Source: Ascidiella aspersa
Lineage: Eukaryota
Assembly: GCA_963924565.1 (NCBI GenBank)
Contig: OZ004612.1
Span: forward strand, 9,114,001-9,178,000
DNA: 64,000 nt
Direction of reading: 5' to 3'
Shown here: positions 41,001-53,000 of the stretch, in pieces
Position numbering within the stretch: position 1 is the stretch's first letter
Layout: each line of letters starts with the position of its first letter
The notes under the pieces: model-generated
Told to the model about the DNA's origin: nothing
Seen by the model: only the letters and a program-made list of their open reading frames with translations
Database searches by the model: none
Position numbers and translations under genes: made by a program

Positions 41001-44000
41001 GGAAGAAACGTGGGCTATTTGCGGCCGCGGCAAACGGGCCACTTAGGGCTCTTCCTAATCGACGACAGCGATTGTCGACGCAACAAAGAGCGACAATCGA
41101 CTGACAAGGAATGCCCGCGACATTGTGACGTCACAACCCGAGCGGCACTCGATGATTTAATTAAGTTCGCGGCAGCGATGCCTTCGTAATTTTAAGGGGA
41201 GTAGCAAATAACACGAGTAGCAAATAACGCGTCAAGCGTTGAGCGCGTGGGCAGCTTTTTAATCTGTATAGTATGGTTCGTTGGGTTGCTATTTTTCTTC
41301 CATTTTTGCACGGGTAAAATGCTTAAACGTTAAAGCATACCCAGGCAAATAAAGATGATTAATAGACCGAGTGTTTGTTTCAAAAATAATTATACTGTTA
41401 CTCACCAAAAAAAAGCAAAAACAACAACAGACGGCTCTTTTCTTAATGTCCACAATCAGACCCATTTATCAATAACCCTTTTCAATCTCAGTTCTTCAAC
41501 ATAACTTACCGTCAATAAATGTAGAAATAAAAGCAATTGTACATAAAACAGCAAACAACTTATTTAAATTGCCATGTCGGCCGAAAGAACAATTAATTAA
41601 TGTATTATCTTTAAGGGTTATACATTTTTTATCCTTGATTTGAAACCCCTTCTCAAATGCAAAATAAGGAGAAAAGAATGATGGCTCATAAGCGTTCAGT
41701 TGTAAGTGAACAGCTTAAAACTTAAGAATACATTCTAAATATTGTTCAACCATTATGACGTGATAATGCATGTTGTTCATTGGAACGTTGGAACAATAAT
41801 AAGTCCTCCCTTTGTATTGCAGTTGTATGAGATCGACGCCGACTTCGGACGCAAGGAATTCTTGGACGAGCTCTTCAGCTTCATGCAGAAGCGAGGTAAG
41901 AAATCTCTTGTGTTGCATTTTAAAGTCAGCCCACCAAGCGTTTGACGCAATAATTTGCGATAATTTTGGGGCTGAAAAAGGGTACGTACGCTATGGGCTT
42001 AACGTACGCTAAGTTACAAGTTTTATCAATTCACTTTGCTTGCCGTTTAAAACCACTGTCATTGCTTCATATCTGCATTATTAGCTTTAAATATATAACT
42101 AAAGCACATCTTAAAATTCGGGGCAAGTCAATAAAAAATGACTTTAATAGTGTGTTGTAAAATTTATTCACTTAAGGATACGTGGTCTTGTGACTTTACA
42201 AACTTTAAACACACAATTGGTCGAGATCATGCTAGACATCAGTAAACAAGTCGAAAAACCGGCACAAAACAAAATATTGTGTTGAAGACCCATGGCCTGA
42301 CATAATATGACGTCACAAACGGGCCAGAGCTTGCCGAAAATAAACCCATTTATAGCAAAGCCGAATCTGGCTGTCACGGATAAAGTCATTCGCCTTACGC
42401 GTGTACCCATGTGCGGAAAAGCCGCCCAGAAATTACATCGCAACAATTTCGGCCCCAGAGATTTGATCGCTGCGATTTTTTCCGCCCCAACGATCACCCT
42501 CGGGTCCCGGATTAGAGTCGAATTTCGAGGGGGCAGATCGGATAAAAATCTAACCCCGTCGCCGATGTTCGACGACATGTGGAAGATTAATCTTCGAGCC
42601 CGCGCCAAGTCAAGTAAAAACATAAAAAATTCAAGCCTTTGGGCCTCTAAAAGGTTTCCTCTGGATTTCGCATGGCTGCTTCCACGCGGCTCAGCAATCT
42701 AACCTTGGACCGCACCGGCAGCCTGTATTTGTTCAGGGGCTGCGAAATGTGTGTTAACAGTTTTTTTTCGTCTATTTTCTTGCCTCGCCGCGGCGCATAA
42801 TTGCCCGTGATCGCTCCACGCTTATATGCTCGCCCGTGTTTTTACCACGCGTTCCAAACCGAACGCCGGGCATTGCACAATAGGACTACCCAATAAAAAA
42901 ATCTTTTTCACAACTCTAAATTAAAATGGCGCAAAATTCACACCAAGAAACTAAAAAACTATTTAAAAATTTTTCTCTGAAAATTTTGATAAAAAGTAAA
43001 TTTACATTTTTATTCTTCGCCTTGTAAAAAGCCACCTTCTTTGACGAATCCCTGTGGAGGCCTAAAACTTGACAGTTTTTAAATTGCCACACTTTCAACC
43101 GTCCACAGTGCTTTAAAAGGTCTCGCCACTTATACTTGGCCGGGGATGGCGTCGGGGTGAAAATATAACTCGAGACGAAAGTCGTTTGAAGAGCCCACGA
43201 CTGTATGAACTAACGACATCGAATATTTCCCGCTCTCTTCTTTTCGTTTCGCATTTACCTTTATGCGGCCGTATTACGTCAGAGCGGCGAAATTTTCGAG
43301 CTTCTGCGGCGTCTTCTCGTCACGCGAAATGGGTTTCCGCTTTTCAGCAGGGGGGAGGGGTAGGGGGTAAGTTATGGCGAAAAACACGATGAAAGTGTGT
43401 GTTTTTGCGCTGAAGCGAGTAAGCCTGCTGCTGGCCCGGGCGTATTGCATAATGTGTCTTTTAATAGGAATTTATCTAACAAACATAATTTTGACGGCTT
43501 AATTTGTGATTTTTGAAAACGTTTAACTTCTGAGGTAAATATTGCAGAATGTTTTTTTAAAATAGCCACTTATGAAAAAAGCATTAATAAATTTGGCGAA
43601 TTTAATTGTGATTTTCAGAAAGTATTATTTTGAACTACGGGGTGGAAAAAAATAATAAAAAGTGGTTAACCGCCGTTAAACCCCCCTTTATTTCTAAATG
43701 TAGAATTTACACCAAGACTTACCCTTGTTACGTAAATGTTAAAAACCGATAAACTTTAGCTAAACGCGTCGCGAAAGTCACCGGTTAGTTTTGTGGTCTA
43801 CCGCACCACTTTGTAACACGGGCCGCCACACCAATGTAAACAGAAGGTGTGACGTCACAGGAAAATCGCAAACAGACAGGGGACTCCCCCCTGGGTTGTG
43901 TGGGAATTCTCGCACAAGTCTCTTTGTTTGCATTAGCGCCATCAATATTGCAGCACCTTGTTTGGACAGTCGGAAGCAACAGTTTGCCGACAAGACCTCT

Positions 44001-47000
44001 ATCTGGACAGTGGGGCCATTTCGCGCCATGCATTATTAACGCCCGGGGAACGTCCAAGGACGAATCTCCGCGTGTGTGCGTGCGCCTGGAAACAAAACGC
44101 AATCAATTAGCGATGACGTCACTCCTGAAAAACGGGGACGGCGACTCGTCGAAAAGGTTGCCGCAATTTTAATCAGCTCGGCGCTCAGCGGTGCGCGAAG
44201 CGGCCTGTTGTGCCCCGATACATGATCGCAGCGCGCTATCAAAACACGCGATTTATCGAGTTGCAGCCCGCCGGCGCCGCCGGGTCTGTCCGCCCCTTCA
44301 CCCCCCATCACCCCCGCGTATGAAACCCGGCCCCCACGGCAAGAGTGGGCCTGGCGGGGCCAGAAGCACTCCTCAATGCAATTAAGAAGGCCGCTTCACT
44401 GTTTTATGCATTGTTTTTCAAGCTAACGCCGCAAAAGCTATTAAACACGGCTGCTTTCTATCTCGTCTACTATACTTATTTCAGTCAGTCCCCAAGTTTT
44501 TGAGTGTTAGCAAAATGACAGCACAGACTAATTAAACGTTTTACCAGCTACTGAGGTATACAATTGACACAGCACGTAATGGACAGCATATTTATGCCTA
44601 TTGTTTTACCCTTACGCAATTCGCAACTATATCCTTGAAATGCACGGGTGCCAAATTTGTTCGAAACCTCTGTATTTGGAATAGCACCAATAAGCAAATT
44701 AAACGATTGTTTTTGTTTGAATTTAAAACCGGAATAGTCTAGTGTTACGTCATAGTCGCCCATTGGCTTTTCGAAACGGCCGAACAAGAACCTGGGGCCA
44801 CCGTCGGAACGCGACACCGCCGCGGGTCGCTTTCGTTGCTCGCCGAAAGACAATGCCTGTTTACGTCGACAATGGCGCGCCGCGATGTTTTGCCTGCACA
44901 CTTGGAAAACACACACACACATACTCGGCGACGGTGTACATGACGCGGCCGTAATTAAATTTGGGCTCGAAGACGAATTTCTCGACCTCTGCTTGTGTGT
45001 GCGTGCACGCGTGCGCGTTTTGTTTGTGCGCAGTTAATGGCGTCGCGCTGGTGATTGAGCGGCTGTTAGAATGCAGCGACGGGCCAGCAAAGGCAGCGTT
45101 GGCGCCGCGACCAAACGAAAAGGTTAAATCAACCGTCTTGTGCGCAACCCAGCCCGCTCTCGAAAGTGCCATAACTCATTCGCGAAAGGCACTTAGGTGC
45201 CCGGCCGAGCGTACCCCCTACAGGCCCCCGATCGGCACCCATACGCGGCGCCGGGGTCTTAATTCGTCCGACATTAATTCGCGCGGGCACAGGCGGGCGT
45301 CGCGGTTCAGTGCGCGCGCCGCCCGGCCGTGAAATCCCGCTCAATTAGATCGGGTTTCTGGCAATTTGTCGAAAGAAAGACAATCCCGATTCGGACAGCA
45401 CTCGTTATTTGCCCGGTTGTGTGTCTCACCCTTACCCATGTCCCTCATCCCCAACCCCAACTCCCAGCCCACCATTCATGGCGACCCCCCGATTAAAGGC
45501 GTTTCGCCCCTGAAATTTTTCCACGGTTTACAACGAGGTGAGCCCCTTTTTACGCTCTTTGCCGCTTGCGTAACAAAACAAACAGGCTAGAAAGGTGGTC
45601 TGTGCTTTAATGCTGCCGCTTGCGCATAATCACTTCGCCTGTTTAGGGGCGAATCGACTCTATGTGAGCTGTTTTATGAAATTCCACCGCATTAAGGAAT
45701 GCCGGCCGACCTTTTTAGAGCGCCGCCCACGAAATATAAACTAAACACATCAGGGGTGGGGGCGCGATCGAAATGGGGGTTTTGAAGAGCGCTATAGGGG
45801 GTTTGGGGGGCGGAGGGGGGCTTAGTAGAACCCCGGAGCCGGGTTTGATTGGGTTGGATTCGGCTGACTGGGCGAGTCAAGTTGGGCGCTCCAGAAATAC
45901 CGCCGCCGCTACTTTGTAGAAAGGCCGGGTTAAGTTTGATATTGACGTAACAATCAAACCGCGGCGCCGCCCGGGGTGGCCGCGTCGCGCCTAATCGCGT
46001 TCTGTTCCTTATGTTAGGGCGCGCGCTTACGCGGATTATCAATTAGAGCGCGCACTTTCTGTTTTTTTTTCTGAATTGGAATCGCGTTCTGTTAATTTGC
46101 GGCATTGCTTGTAGTTTTTGATGCCGGCTGACAAGCGTAAATGGATTAACGTGGGCATATTGGAATCGATTGTTTCTGGTCTCACCACTTCAGATAAACT
46201 GTGCAAGCTCTGGTCTCAATTCATAACGTGTAAATCTTTCGTCTTTTATTAAAAAAAAAAATCTGGGTGAAAAGGAGTACATCTGGGTGAATAAGAGTAA
46301 ATATAAGTGAATAAGAACCGTTCTAAACTGAATATCAAATCAGATAATATATATTATAGCGCAAAAATGCAAAGAAAAAGTCATTTCGGTAACACGCGTA
46401 AAATTGCATTCACAATGATAATCGGGTTAATCTCAAAAGTGGTTCTCAATCCATTTCTTTTTAAAGGTTACCAATAAAATTCTCAAAACAGCCCAACTAA
46501 CTTTTATGTATTTTAAATGTAATAAAACTTTTTACAACCATCGATATCATTTTATAGGTAAAATTACCGTGAGCATTAAATCAATAGAAAGCGCAACATG
46601 TTTTTAATCGGGTTGTAAAATTGTGCCCATCCCAAAAGTAAGCAGGCTCCAAGGTTCCGCATTCCCCTTAAGCGTCTGATCGTGGTCGACTTTGAGCCAA
46701 AAAATGAAACAAAATGGCGCGTTTCGTCTAAAACTGCTTTCAATCGAAGAAAAAGCGAATTTCGTCTGGTTTCTCTTATCGACGGATTAAGCAATCGCCG
46801 GTTCGCGATTGTTTTTCGCTCCGACTTGTGCGGCGCCTGACTCATTAGCCCGCCCCCTGTGAAGGGGTCAGCGACGGCGCCGTGACCCCCCTGCCACGGA
46901 ACCCTAAATATTCTCCCGTTTTTATTCGACGAATTCAAACAAGGGGATTCGATTTCTGACCTAAGCGCTCGACGAAGCGCGACCGACGCGATTTGTCTTA

Positions 47001-50000
47001 TCTTGCGATCCTGGCGATAATGCGTCGATACCCGGCTATCGGGGATTAGGGGTCTGAACCCCCACTGGGGCGACCCTTGTCGGGGTTCGTTTGGATCAAG
47101 CCGCTATACTGTCGACAAAAAAGTTGTTTTGCCCGGTTTCGTGTGATACGCTTGGGTGGCGTTAGTGAATGTTTTATTTTTTTTATCATTTAGTATTATT
47201 TATTGTGATTGACTGTTTTATATCTTCTGGACTTTTTTTCTGGATAAGTAAAGTTAAACGCGTTACCGTATCTTTTAGCATTTAAAAAAATTTAGATTCT
47301 ATTTTTGGCAACAAACCTGCATTTTTACTTTCGGTTTCCCTAAACAAATAATTTTTATGAGTTTTAGATATAAAGATGGAAATAAGTTTTACCAAATAAA
47401 TTATTTTGTGATGTTATAGTTTTTACGTTTGATTGTCATCAGGGATTCGTTATTTGGTAATTCCTAAAAAGTGCACCAGATAAGAGCTATAGGGAAAATA
47501 ATGCTTAAATTTCTTGCAACAAAATTAGCCTGTACAAACGGAAACCATGTAAAAAGCCTCAATTCCAACAAGAGTGTCATCACGTTTCCCATTGTCTTCC
47601 AACCAAGCCTTCGTTTCCTACGACTAAAAATAGCGATTAAGTTAACACTCGTTACAAGAGACAAACACCCAAGGAGCTGGCAAGATAAAAGGCAAGCTTT
47701 TGGTGGTCTTATCGACGAACTGTGTCGGCCCTCCTTTGCAATGCAAGGGTATCGCTAACCGATGGCTGGGTCCTAGCAGCATCGTGTTGTCTAGTTGTGT
47801 GTTGCATGATTTAGAACGCACACCTCATCTCGGGTTTCCGATGCTCAATAAATGCGGATTAACCCGATCTAGCACTCGCGCGGAATTTCTCTAAACCGTG
47901 GGAGGCCGAACGAGGAGGGTTTGTTTTCCGGGCGAATTATGCGGCTCGGATTTTTGTGGCAACATTTTTCACGCACCGCCGGTGTCCTTCGTTTTTGTTG
48001 CAGCCTATAGTTTTGCGATTGTGCAACTTTCAAGCAGAGCTGAAATTAGGTGTTATCGGCTTTCAGCGTTGTACTTTTCTTTCTCGTGCTATCATATGGT
48101 GAAGTTTTAAAACGCGAAAAAACAAATAAAATAGGATTGAACAGATTTTGTTTACTCGAGGTTTTACGGTGAGAATATATCACATTTGTTTTTTTTTCAA
48201 ATCCCCAGACAAATATAAATATTCTACACAGTTCAGGGTCTATTTATGTATAACAATTTGTATAAACATAATAATAACACCAAACCAGTTGCATACTTTT
48301 TTTTCCTTATTTTATGTTTGTATCAAAACCAATCAAAGCTAAAGAAATATCTAATCAGTTAAAATAAGTTTCCAAGGTACAAAAACTTGAAGTAAGTAAA
48401 CCCCGCTTTTTTCACCAGGAACTCCCGTTAACCGCATCCCGATCATGGCCAAGCAAGTCCTGGATCTTTACCAGCTCTACAAGCTCGTGGTGGAGAAGGG
48501 AGGACTGGTGGAGGTCATCAACAAGAAGATCTGGAGGGAGATTACCAAGGGACTCAATCTTCCATCCTCGATCACCAGCGCTGCTTTCACCCTGCGGACC
48601 CAGTAAGTACAACCTACAGGATCGGTACAGATCTCCCGCCTTTAAATCTTTTTTTTTATTTTGTTTTTGCAAACAAAAGTTGACGCACGGTGGGATGCAA
48701 GCTAAGGGCAATGTATTTTTGTCAGCAGCTTGCGAAAACAGCACATAGAACAAAATGCCTTTTTTGGTCTGGATTAAAACTGTAATAATAGTGGGGAAAA
48801 TGTGATATGAATGAATTGGTTTTTGCCCGGTTACATTAAGTAGAATGATGGATAGAGTTAAAATTGTAAGATCTGCTTTTTCGGTGATAAAGTTAGGCAA
48901 ATAAATTAGCGTGACTACATATCAAGATCAATGGGCTTCGCTTGCTCTGTTAATTGTTTTCTCATAACAACCAACTCAAAAAGCAACGGCTTATAGATTT
49001 GCCCTCGCATGCCTCTGTGCTTGGTTTCAAAGCTTTATTTTCCTGAACGAAAGTATGTTCGAGCTATACAATCCTATATACAGTGTAAGCTGATTAGGGA
49101 AGGTATTGGTTGAATAACTGCCGATTTGTTACTGGCAACTAGAAAGAAGGCGAACCAGTTAATGTAGTTGAGTTGAATTATATCCAAGAGGAAATCCCGC
49201 ATTAGGCGTTTTCAAGCTTAAAATGGCCTTTTATATACCAGCATTTTACTGAAGGCTAAAAGCAAAACAGACTTTTAGCTATGAGTTTTCGTGTCAAGAT
49301 AAGCAAATAGCAAATAAATGTTGATAAATTGCCTGTCAGCCCACTCAATTACATCCCATGACGGCAACGATCAAGTTTCGGCGAACTTTAATCCTGAGCA
49401 GTAGAGGCAACCGCCGTATCGCCAAACCTTTCCAAATTAACAAGTCGGCCTTCAGCAAACCTTTAGTAGCGTGATACCGTTTTCGCGGTGCTGTTTAATT
49501 AAGTTAAACCGCCTTCGGAATGCGGCGGTTTTCGAATGCATTTCTATATTTAGCCTATTGCTGCCTATTGCCACTTAAGCAGAATTGAGCCGAAAAGCAA
49601 ACAGCATGCACAGCGCCGCTCGAGTGAAAGCTTTGACGTAAATTAAAATGGCGGAACCCCGAATAACGCAGCGAATACCTGCGGTGACTGCGAGTAAGGT
49701 TGCATGAGCTTTCGTGCATTCAATACCTTGCCAAGGCATCAGTGACTGAACAGCTTAAACGAGAGCATTAACCGACATTATGCTTGAAAAGATTGGTTGT
49801 ATGCGGGGAACACACAAGGCTTTTGTATAGATTTTTACACCCTGCATATCATTAAAAACAGTAGAAATATGATACTTGATTTAGGTTGAATTACTTCTAT
49901 GCCATTGGTATTTATATTTTTAAGCACACTGAAAAGCGCATAATTATTCTTTGTCTTATGTACTGTATCTGCTATAATCGTGTATATTAAAAACGATTTT

Positions 50001-53000
50001 ACAGTTGGTTGCTTTTGGCACCGACTTGCAATCCGAACATAGCTTGTCCATGCGAATTAACAACACATGACACTCTGTGTTTCAGGTACATGAAATACCT
50101 TTACCCGTTCGAATGCGAGAGGGAGAAGCTGTCATGTCCATCGGAGTTGCAAGCAGCCATCGAGGGAAATCGAAGAGAGGGCAGACGGCCAAGTTACAGG
50201 TACCCAACATTTACTGTTGAAACTTATTGGGATAACTTTTGCAAAGCCTTAACGCAGGTTTTGTTCAATTGTGATTAACCAGAAACTCTGTTTTGTTCAA
50301 CACGGCTTTTCATTCTATGCCTGTAGGTCAATGTTGATCGACATAAAGATAGAAATGTGCTACAACTTATTTCTTCCGTTTTGGCATTTTTAATTTCAAT
50401 ACTAAGTGACTATAAAAAAGTGAATCAAAGGACAACCTTCATGATCTATTTTAAGTAATCTTGTTTGTATTTCAGTGGATTTCTTTAAAACAATAAAATA
50501 TAATTAATCAATGTTGTTCTAAATAAAATAAGAATGTCCTGATTGGAATTTCAGCTCGCATATGTTTTCCTACCCGCCAAGTTCGAACGGCGCCGCAATG
50601 CTGACCCCCCAGAAGTTCGCTTTTCCCCCACACAACGGTCTCGGACAATTGACATCGATCGCGGCAAAATACGGTGAGAGGGAACTTTTAGGCCTTTTAT
50701 TTTTGTAACGCCAAAGCGAAAACTCAGCCAGCGTCAAGATCTGAGACAAGATAAACTCATTTACTTTCCGCGAATAAGATCGACATTTGTTAAGCAAACA
50801 ACGCTTTGAGAATCCGCAAAATAAACAGTGATCTGCATAAAAACGTTTAGTGTTATGAAATAATTAGTCAATCTGATCCACCATATTCAATATAAACAAT
50901 ACATTGCAAATTATAATCAGTAGTGCACCACCATTATATATTTTACTATTACTCTATTGGACTACTGTACTGACTAATAGACTGTGTTTTTCAATGTTAT
51001 ATTAACAGAGACATTACTACATTTTGGCTGCTGTTTGTTTTTTAAAACGAGACAAGTAAAAAAAATAACGCATCATAAATTAGGTGAAGGCACGCCGTAT
51101 GTACACTTTTTGAGCATTTTTTTCTGCAAATGACTGGACAATACCTAAATAGGCCATATCAACTTATAGGTAATCTTTAAATTTAAACCATAACAACTCG
51201 ATTGTTTCGTCACACAGGCCAAGCCGACGACCGGCTGCTGCCTAACTCGCCAACCCAGCAGCTGATCGCCCAGCAACAGCAGCTTTTGCAATCCGCAAAT
51301 GCACAGCATGTTGCTGCCATGGCTGCGCTTGAAAGCATTCAGAATCAGGCAAAAGTAAGGGTAAGTGTCCCCATGTTGTGATTCTGTATATATTAATTTA
51401 TAATCAAAGAGTGTTTTGTACAGGTAGCTAAAAAAATATTATAACTTTTTTAGAATGTGTGCGCATTTAAACGACGGCCTTGTCAAATCTTTGGCATTTA
51501 TGATTTAAATTGCTTTAGTTTGTTGTCGCATGAGCTTGGTTGCACTATTCATAATTCGCTTATAGATAAAACGCATATAAAGGGTTTTACACTCTACCAA
51601 GAGTTTAAAGATGTTTTTATATTAAAGATGCGCAGTCAACTTGATGTCTTTAGTACTAACTTGTTTTAAAGACAAATGCGATGTCATTGTTTGTATATCT
51701 TTATATTTGATCTAATATTTAATTGGTTTGTAGTTTGTACTACACAAAGTGCTACATTCGTTTGTTTTCCACAAATTATTTAAACGTCATTGTTACGTCA
51801 CAGGCGGCGCACGCGGCACACCAGGCAGCGCAGCACGCGGCCCAGCAAGCGGCCCAACACCAGATGTCGCTAAAGAAGGAAGTCGATTCGGATTACTCAG
51901 AAGGGGAACTCCCCCCGGAGAAGAAGATCTGCTACGAGGACGAGCAGGCGGCAAGGTGGGCGACGAGTTGAAAAATGCACTTTCAGTTACAAAACAGCTA
52001 GAGAGCTGAGTCTGTGAAATCGAAATAAGTTATTATATTAGGATTAATCCAGTTGGGCGTATAATGAAGAACTATGCATTTTTGTGGGTCTAAAAAAAGA
52101 CTGAATCGACTGTATTTGATAAACCTATTCTAAACTGAAAGCACATAAGATTCTAACGTGTGCGCTTTTAATTATGCGTTTTTAACGAATTCGCTTAGAT
52201 GTCTCTATATCTGTTCGACTCTTTATCGATTTGTCACTTTGTCGAAAAACAACTCAGCTGAAATTGGTTGCCGGTTTTTGACGAACCTTAAAAAATCTCA
52301 CTCGGGCAAAAAACACGTGAAACTGATTTCTTCCCTTTTTGCAGCCGTCGTTTTAGTCCCGAGGTGCAAAGAAGATCTTCCTCTTCATCCAGATCTTCAC
52401 TCAAGATGTCCATGTCCGACCGAGGTGAGTTGATGTTTAAAAATATAACCTCGATTTAAAGCAGAGAAATTATTCTTCGTGATGACGCACAAAAAATTCG
52501 ATTGAGTTCGAACCTCTGAATCAAAAGCAACCTGTCTACTCAGTACAAGTTTTTGTCCTGTTTCTGTCACTCATTTTAAATTTGCAAATTGTTATGTTGA
52601 GTACTTTGTACGATTGATTTAATCATTGTCGAGAATTAAAAACATTCAAAATATATTGCTTTACTAGCCTTTTCATGTCGGAAAATATTCATCACCTATA
52701 GTTTGTAAAAAATACCATGGCGGTTGGCAATAACTACTCAATTATTTGATTGTCCTAAATTTTATGATTCGTTCACGTCATAATCCTAACCAATTGTTTC
52801 GTCACAGGCAAGCAAGGCGACATGAATGACGTGTCATCGGCCGATTCGATCGATATGTCGGTGGAAGTCAACGGGATAACCTACCAGGTAATTCGAGTTA
52901 CTTTAATCGTATTACAGTAAAAAACTAACATATACAAAAAAATATTCCTATATAGCCTTTTTTGGTATTTAATGACAAACAAAAATAATACTGTTTAAAG

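Noticed and set aside
31039-48418. Overlapping ORFs on both strands in the large introns (e.g. 38181-38660, 42168-42623)
   Set aside because: Arg/Ala/Pro-rich translations typical of CpG-rich non-coding DNA; no homology that I can recognise.
49506-49532. Small hairpin AACCGCC...GGCGGTT followed by Ts, resembling a terminator or pre-miRNA
   Set aside because: The stem is too short for a pre-miRNA, and intrinsic terminators are not relevant in a eukaryotic intron.
52504-52516. GAGTTCGAACC B-box-like word suggesting a tRNA or SINE
   Set aside because: No A-box at suitable spacing and no cloverleaf.
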